Virus record (IMG/VR): IMGVR_UViG_3300021197_001931
Location: 97,720-161,719 of that record
DNA length: 64,000 nucleotides
Source: a virus
Direction: 5' to 3' (one strand)
Each line of letters opens with the position of its first letter. The stretch's first letter is position 1. The notes below the pieces were generated by a model. It made no database searches, was not told the origin of the DNA, and saw only the letters and a program-made list of their open reading frames with translations. The position numbers were made by a program, and so were the translations under genes. Shown piece after piece: positions 39,138 to 47,644 of the stretch.

Positions 39138-39491
39138 ATGAAAGTAGGAATTTCTTACGCAGTAGAGCTAAGTGAGATTCCAGACGAGCTTCAGAAATTA
39201 ATTGAAGAGGTTCAGTGGGATCTTTCTGAAAAACTAAAACTCCTTGGTGAGCAGGTTGAAGTTGGTGATTTTACAACTGCATTCGATAACATTAAGAACA
39301 TGAGATACAATTTGCAAAGAACTGATACTAGACTTGAAGATTGCACAACCATCTTAACGGGATACCTAACGTTGCTTAAGAGGTTAGCTGATGAGGCCGA
39401 GGAAGAAGAGGCTAAAAAATTAGAGCTAGGATTGGGAGTTCGTCAATCCCGCCCAGGACCGGTAAGGATACGGGCAGAAGAGGAGCTATGA
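39138..39491 (+). CDS. Hypothetical helical protein
   Basis: ORF with GAGGT RBS. Confidence 0.5.
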   Translation: MKVGISYAVELSEIPDELQKLIEEVQWDLSEKLKLLGEQVEVGDFTTAFDNIKNMRYNLQRTDTRLEDCTTILTGYLTLLKRLADEAEEEEAKKLELGLGVRQSRPGPVRIRAEEEL

Positions 39492-39688
39492 TTAGTCACC
39501 AAACCGAGGTTGGAGACCTCGTCTATATTCCATCTCAAGTTCTCCTTACAAACTATAAAACGTTTATTAAAACAGATAAGCCCGTTAATGTGGTCTGTCT
39601 TGGGAAGAAAAACATAGAGGTTCAAGTTTTTTACAATGGCTCCTCTTGGTGGGTTAATAAAGAAAAAGTATATAACGTAAGGGAGTAA
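39488..39688 (+). CDS. SH3/KOW-like micro-protein
   Basis: EVGDLVYIP..VVCLG..VQVFY..WWV. Confidence 0.5.
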   Translation: MISHQTEVGDLVYIPSQVLLTNYKTFIKTDKPVNVVCLGKKNIEVQVFYNGSSWWVNKEKVYNVRE

Positions 39689-39689
39689 C

Positions 39690-39980
39690 ATGGTTATTAA
39701 ATTAGTAGAGGTTTCTGAAGAACTGGGAGTTGGCGCTCATAAGAAATATGTTTTGAGAGAAGTCTTTGTCAATCCAGAACATGTTATTTGTTTAAGACCA
39801 GATGAAATGGTCAAAAAAAAATTACTAGAAAACAAACTACCGTCTGAGCTAGACACTAGACAAGAATTCACTCGTATACAAATGGCCAGCGGCCATGGAG
39901 GCTTTAACATTACAGTTGTTGGTAACCCCTCAATTGTAGAGGAGAAGCTAAGACACAGTAGAAAAGTATTAAGAGGTTAG
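39690..39980 (+). CDS. Hypothetical protein
   Basis: LREVFVNPEHVICLR; good RBS. Confidence 0.5.
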   Translation: MVIKLVEVSEELGVGAHKKYVLREVFVNPEHVICLRPDEMVKKKLLENKLPSELDTRQEFTRIQMASGHGGFNITVVGNPSIVEEKLRHSRKVLRG

Positions 39981-39981
39981 A

Positions 39982-40281
39982 GTGAATAAATATTTTCACA
40001 TTTATGGCACCTTGGAGTGCCCGTATTGCCTTGAAGCAATCACAATATTAAACTCTTTGGGTCACGAGTATATTTTAACTATACTAGATCAAAGTAAAAC
40101 ATACACCGCATTGTTGAAAACGGCATATGCACATAATACTGTGCCAATTATACTTTACTGTGACGGCCTTGTTGAGGAGGAGTTTATTGGTGGTGCGAGT
40201 GAACTTATTGATTATCTGAAAAAAGATTACACAGAGAAAAAAAAGAAAAAAGATACTAAAGAGTTGACAGAGAAAGAATGA
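39982..40281 (+). CDS. Glutaredoxin
   Basis: CPYC, TVPII, FIGG. Confidence 0.85.
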   Translation: MNKYFHIYGTLECPYCLEAITILNSLGHEYILTILDQSKTYTALLKTAYAHNTVPIILYCDGLVEEEFIGGASELIDYLKKDYTEKKKKKDTKELTEKE

Positions 40282-40335
40282 TGAATATATTGTTTGTGTA
40301 GCCGGCTTTATGTTTAAAGAAAGGAAACACAAAAT

Positions 40336-40746
40336 ATGACTTTTGCCATTACATTACCAATTCACAGACCTAATAATTTTTATAATGCCCTGGATTCATT
40401 CTTTGATGATGTCTGGGCTGCACCTAAGCGAAAGAAAGTAGAGCCAATTAGTGCGATTTATAACGTCACTGAAGTTAAAAATGGTTACGATATTTCAATT
40501 GCTGCCCCTGGTCGAAAGAAAGAAGATTTTAAAATAAGCGTAGAGGATAATATCCTAGAGGTGTCATATGAGGCTCCGAAAGAATACGAAACTTCTCTAA
40601 TTCTATCATCTTTTAATAAGACTTGGAGGCTCCCAGAAAGCGCAGATGTGGAAGGTGTTGCTGGAAAGTACGAACAAGGAATTCTAACTCTTAACGTACC
40701 GGTCCCAGACATCGCACGAGTATCTCGTGAAATTGTTATTGAATAA
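40336..40746 (+). CDS. Small heat-shock protein Hsp20
   Basis: APG..KEDFKISV, F.KTW.LP, YEQGILTL.VP; promoter TTGACA at 40264. Confidence 0.9.
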   Translation: MTFAITLPIHRPNNFYNALDSFFDDVWAAPKRKKVEPISAIYNVTEVKNGYDISIAAPGRKKEDFKISVEDNILEVSYEAPKEYETSLILSSFNKTWRLPESADVEGVAGKYEQGILTLNVPVPDIARVSREIVIE

Positions 40747-40765
40747 TACCTGTAGTCACTTAATG

Positions 40766-40795
40766 CAAAAGGCGGCTTTGGTCGCCTTTTGTTGT
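40766..40795 (+). terminator. Rho-independent terminator
   Basis: CAAAAGGCGGC-TTTG-GTCGCCTTTTG. Confidence 0.75.
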
Positions 40796-40835
40796 TAACG
40801 GCAACTAATTATAGAATGCATTGGAGTTTTTGAAA

Positions 40836-41234
40836 ATGAATAGTGATTCAAAAATGGATATTGATATCATTGAGGAGATGGTTTTCCAAGAGGTGGAGGA
40901 TATTCTTTTAAAAGAAGTAGCCCAAGACCCAGGGTACGAATTAAAACTCTTTGTAACACCAGTTAGGTGCTCAATAAGCAAAACATTGGGAGGTGATAAG
41001 ACTGATACCTTTAATGAGATTAGAGGTATAGAAAGTGTCACTACAGTTTCGGACGTTTTGGGGACTGTTAGGGAAGATGATAGCAATTATTACTCCACCG
41101 TTTTAGTTAAGTTTGAACTTAGCAAGGGTGAGCAACCCAAAGATTTTAGGAGAAAAATTCTCATACCAACGTTGAAAAGAGTTAAGGGTTTGATTGTATA
41201 CAACGTTGGCGGTATCGACCAGGTTGCGAAGTAA
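40836..41234 (+). CDS. Hypothetical protein, candidate virion-internal
   Basis: Leader IIEEMV..EVEDILLKE; NEIRGIESVTTV; CTAATTA at 40805. Confidence 0.5.
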   Translation: MNSDSKMDIDIIEEMVFQEVEDILLKEVAQDPGYELKLFVTPVRCSISKTLGGDKTDTFNEIRGIESVTTVSDVLGTVREDDSNYYSTVLVKFELSKGEQPKDFRRKILIPTLKRVKGLIVYNVGGIDQVAK

Positions 41235-41503
41235 TGTCTAATGTGGTGGTGGGCCCAGACCATTGGTTTGATCGATATATACCCCCTCGTATCACGAGGG
41301 GGTCAATCGTTGAATTTGGAACAGATCCCGATACGGGTGTTGCCTTTCCAAGCTTTGATGTAACCATGATGGTGCTTGATGTGTATACAGATAATGAGGT
41401 TGGTGCTATAATGGCCAAGATTGCTATCTCCCCAGACAACAACCCGGATTATGTTGAAGAACAAGTAATCCCAATTGAATATCTTGAACTAGTAGAACAA
41501 TAA
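41234..41503 (+). CDS. SH3/KOW-like micro-protein
   Basis: ITRGSIVEF..MVLDV..AKIAI..IPIEYLELVE. Confidence 0.45.
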   Translation: MSNVVVGPDHWFDRYIPPRITRGSIVEFGTDPDTGVAFPSFDVTMMVLDVYTDNEVGAIMAKIAISPDNNPDYVEEQVIPIEYLELVEQ

Positions 41504-41513
41504 AGGAGAATCT

Positions 41514-42143
41514 ATGAAAAAGTTTATCGTTATCGCAGCGAGTGTGTTGCTGACGTTTTTATTAGTACGTGAGGCCCATGCCCAGAGCACACCCCACAAT
41601 TACACATATTACACAAATTCTGACAGCTATGTCTGTGCTGTCCGTGCGCCCTTTGGCGAGGTTCACATAATCCATTCACGCCCGGTTACAGTCCACACTT
41701 GTCGCGACCATTATCGGTTTTTCTTTAATAACGACTATCCCACCAAGTTATTTCATGTTGCAAACGGTATTTATTATGCCCACTGGGACAATTGGCTGCA
41801 GTACAACACACACTATCTAAATGTAAATCGACTTGTGCCCCGACGCTACTACAACTATTACCCACACCCACAGCCCCGTATTACATTTGAATGGGATGGC
41901 AGAATTCTTCCTCGTACAACAATCAGGACCTATAACTATAATCCGCCTGTAAGGCGATACACGCAGCCTCAGCGTCCGCGAAGGTCGGTGGTCACCTATG
42001 GTTCGACGCGAACCACTGCGCCCCCTCAAGAAAGGCGCACGGTACGTACTGAGACTACAACTCGCCGAAGGACAACAACTTCTAGTAACAACAATAATCG
42101 TCGCCGAAGTCGCGATGGGAACCGAGAGAGACGCCGTAGATAA
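41514..42143 (+). CDS. Secreted Tyr/His/Arg-rich low-complexity protein
   Basis: Signal peptide ending AHA; Arg/Thr-rich tail. Confidence 0.55.
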   Translation: MKKFIVIAASVLLTFLLVREAHAQSTPHNYTYYTNSDSYVCAVRAPFGEVHIIHSRPVTVHTCRDHYRFFFNNDYPTKLFHVANGIYYAHWDNWLQYNTHYLNVNRLVPRRYYNYYPHPQPRITFEWDGRILPRTTIRTYNYNPPVRRYTQPQRPRRSVVTYGSTRTTAPPQERRTVRTETTTRRRTTTSSNNNNRRRSRDGNRERRRR

Positions 42144-42550
42144 TGCAACTAATTTCTACTCACTTTGTTAAAACAGGTAACGTAGGATATCATGGTAATC
42201 TTTTTGGCGGAACTTTATTAAGTTGGCTTGACGAGGCAGGAGCTGCATTTGCTGCAGAAAAGTGTGGCTCTCCTCGGATGGTCACAGTTAAAATTGCAGA
42301 AGTCATATTTAAAAAGCCTTGCCGTCCTGGACAGATTATTAAAATCTATGGTAAGGTAATGCGTTATGGTAACACTTCCATCACCATGAAACTAGAAGCG
42401 AGACGCCACAGCCCATACAATGCGTCTCAGAAAGTTGTCTGTACAACTGATATGACCTTTGTGAGAATTGACGGTGATGGGGAAGCTGTTCCCATTAACG
42501 AACTAATTAAGAAAGAGTTTAGGGAACAACACGATGAAAGTATTGCTTGA
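42143..42550 (+). CDS. Acyl-CoA thioesterase (HotDog fold)
   Basis: HGNLFGG.LLSWLDEAG, FKKP...G, GNTSI, TFVRID..G. Confidence 0.88.
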   Translation: MQLISTHFVKTGNVGYHGNLFGGTLLSWLDEAGAAFAAEKCGSPRMVTVKIAEVIFKKPCRPGQIIKIYGKVMRYGNTSITMKLEARRHSPYNASQKVVCTTDMTFVRIDGDGEAVPINELIKKEFREQHDESIA

Positions 42551-43043
42551 AAACTGGCGACAGTTTTTAAACGAGAATAAAAAACCTTTATTTAAAAAAG
42601 CTAAGATTAAGAGATATATAGATTTAGGATTATTCGCAGAAGCGGAGAAAGAAGAGAGAGAAATGCTAGGAGCTGTTGTTATTATATTCGATAGAGAGGG
42701 GAGAGTTCTTATTCTCAAACGAACAGAAGAGATGGAGTGGATGCCGCTCAAGTGGGGACTGCCTGGCGGCGGTATAGACGAGGGTGAGAAACCAATTGAA
42801 GCTGCCATTCGCGAAGTCAAAGAGGAGACAACACTTGACATTGGCAATCCTATAGAATTTCATATCTCAGACATGAATGTAGTTTACTTCACAACTACAA
42901 AATATAGTGGCGAAGTAGAGATAGACTTTGAACATTTAGATTTTGCTTGGGTTTATCCGGAAGAATTAACTAATTATGATGTGATACCAGGCTTGGAGAA
43001 CATGATCTCTAGAGCAAAAGAAGTATTAAGAATGTATGCGTGA
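42534..43043 (+). CDS. NUDIX hydrolase with N-terminal leader MKVLLENWRQFLNE
   Basis: Nudix box LPGGGIDEGEKPIEAAIREVKEETTL. Confidence 0.9.
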   Translation: MKVLLENWRQFLNENKKPLFKKAKIKRYIDLGLFAEAEKEEREMLGAVVIIFDREGRVLILKRTEEMEWMPLKWGLPGGGIDEGEKPIEAAIREVKEETTLDIGNPIEFHISDMNVVYFTTTKYSGEVEIDFEHLDFAWVYPEELTNYDVIPGLENMISRAKEVLRMYA

Positions 43044-43455
43044 CGTATTTAAACTATTTGAAGGCTGGAGAAGATATCGAAAAGGTGACCAATATGATGT
43101 GGGAATGGACCCTCTTTATGGGCCACCGCCTTTGATAAATGATGTTGTTGATTGCTGGGTTCATGAGAACGTTAGATTTTATACCGACTTCAATAATGCA
43201 AATGGGATTGCATATCACGTCATGCTTCCAACTAAAGATCTTGAGTTTCATATTGAAAGAGGAACCAACAAGACGGACTTTCATTTTTTGTCCCAACAGC
43301 TTGTTCAAGAGGGCACGCCAATGAGTGCGGTAAGAATTGATGTAGGAAAGAATGGGAAAGCTATAATTGATAGAGACGCCGAAATAGTTATGGCAGCAAA
43401 GCACGTTGGCCTGGAACAATTACCTGTCATATTTTATTTCCACAAGGAGGTTTAA
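43036..43455 (+). CDS. Hypothetical protein, ParB/Srx-like C-terminus
   Basis: VRIDVGKNGKAII...MAAKHVGLEQLPV. Confidence 0.4.
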   Translation: MRDVFKLFEGWRRYRKGDQYDVGMDPLYGPPPLINDVVDCWVHENVRFYTDFNNANGIAYHVMLPTKDLEFHIERGTNKTDFHFLSQQLVQEGTPMSAVRIDVGKNGKAIIDRDAEIVMAAKHVGLEQLPVIFYFHKEV

Positions 43456-43456
43456 G

Positions 43457-43735
43457 ATGAAGTTAACTGAGGCTGCGCTAAAAGATATGATAATTGAAGA
43501 ATTATCAAAATCTGACAAAAGTCAAATAAAAAAAATGATTTCCTCCGAAGTTGAATCTTTTGAAAAAAGATTTAAAAAATCATTAGGGCCCGTTGTGGAA
43601 AAAGAATTAAAAAAGCTATTAAAAACCAAAGGTATAAAAGCAGATGTTGCTGATATTTCAAAAAGGATTTTAAAGAAACTATACAAGGATCTCGCCTTCC
43701 AGCACCCATATATCATTGACAGAATTAAGTTATAA
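43457..43735 (+). CDS. Lys-rich helical protein with leader MKLTEAALKDMIIEEL
   Basis: AAGGAGG RBS before ATG 43457. Confidence 0.55.
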   Translation: MKLTEAALKDMIIEELSKSDKSQIKKMISSEVESFEKRFKKSLGPVVEKELKKLLKTKGIKADVADISKRILKKLYKDLAFQHPYIIDRIKL

Positions 43736-43782
43736 GAGAGATTTCTGTTTCTGACCCCTAGTTAAAATAGGGGGGTTGGTAA

Positions 43783-44538
43783 ATGGAGAATTTATCACGC
43801 AAAAGGACATTCATCGAGTTCGTAATGAGCTTGGTGATGTCCTTTTTTGTTATTACGTCAGCGAGTTGCACTGGGCCTTTGGAGGTTAACCTTCCGAGTC
43901 CTGCGCAAGAAACGTCTGATGAGCTTACATTCCGCGAGGCATTTGACCGTCTAAGTAACGTTAGCGATCGCGCCCGCGCTGCAGCAGTAAAGGTTGTCAA
44001 CATTGGAGAAGACTTCCAGGCTCAAGGGTCTGGAACATTGTTCCGAGTTGATGGTCAGTTTATTGTAATCACTGCTGCTCACGTTGTGCAAAATGCACAA
44101 TCAGTTATCATCACAACACCGGATGGTCTTGGCTATTTCGGTACACCTTTGATGACTAACCACGAATTGGATTACGCTATCCTATTGGTGCCTGAGATTG
44201 CAGAGCGAACACCACTTCGTCTGCGTCCTCTTCAGGAGGCGCATATGCGAGTTGGTGCTCACGTCACCTACACGGGTTTCCCGAATGGTCACAACCTGCT
44301 TTCAATCAGCGGAGAGATCTCTGGAATGGCACGCGGGGAGCATCTGATTATGCACAGCTACGCTTGGCCAGGGTCTTCCGGGTCTTGCGTCTTTGACAAC
44401 CAAGGTCGCCTTGTTGGTGTCCTAAGAGCAGTTGATGTGGGACAAGCCATCTTGCCACAGATAATTGAAGATATTGTCTGGATTGTACCAGCATGGAGGA
44501 TCGATTTCAGCGCTCTGCACGCTCTATTGCAGAAGTAA
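43783..44538 (+). CDS. Exported trypsin-like serine protease
   Basis: Signal/TM segment, GSG, ITAAHVV, DYAIL, PGSSGS. Confidence 0.88.
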   Translation: MENLSRKRTFIEFVMSLVMSFFVITSASCTGPLEVNLPSPAQETSDELTFREAFDRLSNVSDRARAAAVKVVNIGEDFQAQGSGTLFRVDGQFIVITAAHVVQNAQSVIITTPDGLGYFGTPLMTNHELDYAILLVPEIAERTPLRLRPLQEAHMRVGAHVTYTGFPNGHNLLSISGEISGMARGEHLIMHSYAWPGSSGSCVFDNQGRLVGVLRAVDVGQAILPQIIEDIVWIVPAWRIDFSALHALLQK

Positions 44539-44558
44539 TAATACTGGGGGGTATTACA

Positions 44559-45542
44559 ATGGATAAGGTTTGGAAGATTAATTGGGTGCTATTCGGCGTA
44601 GCTATGGGAATTATGGCTGCCATTATGATAGGTCTTACAGGATGTGACACTTATTATTTACACGATGTTCACGATGATGAGCCGCGTGACCCGAAGCCAC
44701 ACTACGTTTACGTTCCAGGCGATCCTGTTGACGCTGATGTCTGGGTTGATTCCTTCACACAGCCTCAGCCTTTTGATGGCATTGACATCGTATGGGTCAT
44801 TGATAAGAGCTGCTCTATGCATGATGACGAAGAGCAAGTCCTTTCTGGCATTGACACCATGATGAATGCCCTCCCTGCCGGTGGGTCCTGGCGTTTGAAC
44901 ATGATTGGGATAACGCCAGCCCACGCCCGAGCATCAACTGAGTTCCCGCTCGTCCCTGGCGACGATGCTGGTGATGCGCTCACTATGTATGAAAACATTC
45001 CTGAGTCAACAACAGAGCAGGGCTTCCTAGCCATCCATGACTATATGACAGACAACCCATACTCTGCTACGTGGATGCGACGTGACGCCGCGCTGCTGGT
45101 CGTCTTTGTGTCAGATGAGGAGGAGCAAAGTCAAAACTTCTTCCCAGATCCGCTAGACTTTATTGATTGGTACGAAGACCAAAGAGATAATGTATATCTC
45201 GCCAGCATCATTCACGATAAGCCGGGACCAAGTTATGTGGGCGGTTGCCTCTATAGCGTCAGAGACTTCGGAGAGCGCTACCTAACAGCCACGAATGAGT
45301 TAGGTGGGGTGGTGATAGATATTTGTACCACAGATTGGGCCACCGGTGTCTCAGAGGCCTCCTCAAGTATTCAACCTTATGAGCGCTGGCCACTCACTCG
45401 TGTGCCGCTTGATACGACGATCGTCGTTTTCGTTGATGGTATTCTATTTAACGACTGGATGTACAATCCCATGGATAATGCGGTGGAGTTTCTAACTCTA
45501 CCCCCAGGGGGATCTCTTGTGGAGATCGGGTACACCTACTAG
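44559..45542 (+). CDS. vWA-domain lipoprotein
   Basis: LTGC lipobox, DIVWVIDKSCSM MIDAS, VVFVSDEEEQS. Confidence 0.75.
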   Translation: MDKVWKINWVLFGVAMGIMAAIMIGLTGCDTYYLHDVHDDEPRDPKPHYVYVPGDPVDADVWVDSFTQPQPFDGIDIVWVIDKSCSMHDDEEQVLSGIDTMMNALPAGGSWRLNMIGITPAHARASTEFPLVPGDDAGDALTMYENIPESTTEQGFLAIHDYMTDNPYSATWMRRDAALLVVFVSDEEEQSQNFFPDPLDFIDWYEDQRDNVYLASIIHDKPGPSYVGGCLYSVRDFGERYLTATNELGGVVIDICTTDWATGVSEASSSIQPYERWPLTRVPLDTTIVVFVDGILFNDWMYNPMDNAVEFLTLPPGGSLVEIGYTY

Positions 45543-45644
45543 GGGGGTTTATGAATGGCGCAGCTTATGATACGCACGGCAGCTTTAAGTTTGGTAGGGT
45601 ATACATTATGGTTCCTAGCAAGCTTCATACCTTAGAGTATAACG

Positions 45645-45935
45645 ATGGAAGCCCCAAAGCCCAAATACAAAGTTGGCACTTTATTTTCTTGTGTTCCCCG
45701 CGTTATACCAAGTGACCATTTCTCGTTCGCGATGATATTAAAGCGGCAGGTCATGGAAATAAAAGGTGGCGATTGGTCTTTTGGACCACAGTGGTATTAT
45801 GATTTGGTACTATTTAGTGAAGAAACCCATAGAGTTGTCGAGACAGATCTTGACGAATTGATAAAAACTGGTATCATGACCATAATTTCAGAGGGACACG
45901 ATGAGCTACAAGAAACAATTGAAAAAAAGAATTAA
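45645..45935 (+). CDS. SH3/KOW-like micro-protein
   Basis: YKVGTLF..AMIL..YYDLV..TIIS. Confidence 0.45.
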   Translation: MEAPKPKYKVGTLFSCVPRVIPSDHFSFAMILKRQVMEIKGGDWSFGPQWYYDLVLFSEETHRVVETDLDELIKTGIMTIISEGHDELQETIEKKN

Positions 45936-46084
45936 AAACTTTTATCCAAATATAAAAATTGGTAAGATAACTCTTCACGGGGTTTCTTATAAAATAATTA
46001 TTAAAAGCCCAGTTAGCAATATGAGACAATTGGAGCAAGAACTTAGAGAGAGCCTCTCCATGCCAGGCCTTTGTTTGGTTAGTC

Positions 46085-46408
46085 ATGGATAGTGAAATTA
46101 TAGAGGAAGAGTCTTCTGAAGAAGACCTTAAACCAAAGCCGCCCCCACCTCTTGCACCAAGAGGCATAAAGACCTTCACAGTTTGTCGCCAAGCAGATGA
46201 GACTGGTATTTCAGGGACTGGTGTTGTGATTGAGGGGGCTATTTTTGCCACGGGACAGGCCATTGTTCACTGGCTCTATCCTCCCCCTCGCGGCGGCATA
46301 GCAATCTTTGATTCTCTAAACGACTTTCTAAAGGTTCATGTTCTGCCCCATAAAGAAAATAAAACCATCATAACGTTTGAAGATGGTGAACAACAAGTTT
46401 ATGACTAA
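46085..46408 (+). CDS. Conserved-looking phage hypothetical protein
   Basis: F...R..DETGISGTGVVIEG..F..G...VHW. Confidence 0.6.
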   Translation: MDSEIIEEESSEEDLKPKPPPPLAPRGIKTFTVCRQADETGISGTGVVIEGAIFATGQAIVHWLYPPPRGGIAIFDSLNDFLKVHVLPHKENKTIITFEDGEQQVYD

Positions 46409-46415
46409 TTAACAT

Positions 46416-47411
46416 ATGATGCTTAAAAAATGGAAAGCCTTTGTAAACGAAGGCGTCAAAGTAAAAATACGTGGTTATGTTCGTCCCGCTGATCAGTTTC
46501 ATACTTTGGGTGTTTGGGAAAAAAATATAAATGAAATGCTCGCCTTGCAGACCAGAGGAATGTCTGTGAGAGGGGCGAAATTAACAATAAATCCGGAACA
46601 ACCCGTGGCCTCCAATAGATGGTTGAAATTGATTGATCACTTCTTTGGCTACTTGCTAGAGGTCGAAACTGATCGGTTCGGGCTAACAGAAAAGAATGTT
46701 CTTGACTTCATAGAGGATTTGATCAATCATAGATTTTGGTCTATCAAGAAACAATATGAAAATTATTTTCCTGATATAGATTCATTGAAGTTTGGTTTTC
46801 TATATTCTCGTGGAGACATAGAGCCATACGTAATGATCGATCAAGAGTTTACAGAACAATTCTATGGCTCTACAAATAATATCAAAACTGTTAAGCACTT
46901 TACAACTGGCCAAGGCCTGAAAAGAATCCTTGAGTCAATAGAAAATGAAGAAGATTTTGACATTTCGACCTTTACGGTTGTCGCCTCTCCCTTTTTCAGA
47001 GATGAATCTAATGTCATAGTTACCTTAGATGCAAATGTTCGGGCTGCTTTTAGAAGCGACATAAAGTCATTGGCCCTAGACAACGGCAGGAGGGCTGCCA
47101 ATCTACATAGATTAGATTATCCTGGTGAGGAAACTAATATTTGTCCTAATTTGAATTTATGTGATGGCGAACTTAAAACTTCTTTGTGGAATGAAATAAT
47201 TGCGACACCTGTAAAAGTAAAAGAGGTGGATGCCCCTGGTGAAGATATATTGCAAGAAGTAGAAGAATATCAAAAAAAAGTTAAAGCTAAACACTCCAAG
47301 ATGAAACGCCGTTTGATAGGCAAAGGCGGTGCCAAAAATGTCCCTCCCTATAACAAAAAACCTTCATTCAAGAGGAGCAAGAGTGCTCCTGGGCCTTTTG
47401 CTGGATCTTAA
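46416..47411 (+). CDS. Hypothetical protein, candidate virion-internal, possible ADP-ribosyltransferase-like core
   Basis: Leader KKWKAFVNE, CTAATTA at 46405; HFTT..ISTFT..WNE; basic tail. Confidence 0.45.
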   Translation: MMLKKWKAFVNEGVKVKIRGYVRPADQFHTLGVWEKNINEMLALQTRGMSVRGAKLTINPEQPVASNRWLKLIDHFFGYLLEVETDRFGLTEKNVLDFIEDLINHRFWSIKKQYENYFPDIDSLKFGFLYSRGDIEPYVMIDQEFTEQFYGSTNNIKTVKHFTTGQGLKRILESIENEEDFDISTFTVVASPFFRDESNVIVTLDANVRAAFRSDIKSLALDNGRRAANLHRLDYPGEETNICPNLNLCDGELKTSLWNEIIATPVKVKEVDAPGEDILQEVEEYQKKVKAKHSKMKRRLIGKGGAKNVPPYNKKPSFKRSKSAPGPFAGS

Positions 47412-47644
47412 TGACAAAGCATGTTACAATAACTTCATATTCAGCGGATGACTTGGAATGGAACTCTGCAGAAGATTATAGACTAGCGAAGGAGAGACAT
47501 GGCAAAGAACCGATTTATTTCATCTATGAAAGGTCTTGGGCAACGCATAATGTATACGCAAACGTACCAGACCTTTATTCGGAAAGCGGAGGATATAGTA
47601 TTGTCAGGCGTGAGTTCAGGCCTGACGATGCTCTGTATTTATAA
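47411..47644 (+). CDS. Hypothetical protein
   Basis: TAATG overlaps on both sides. Confidence 0.45.
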   Translation: MTKHVTITSYSADDLEWNSAEDYRLAKERHGKEPIYFIYERSWATHNVYANVPDLYSESGGYSIVRREFRPDDALYL

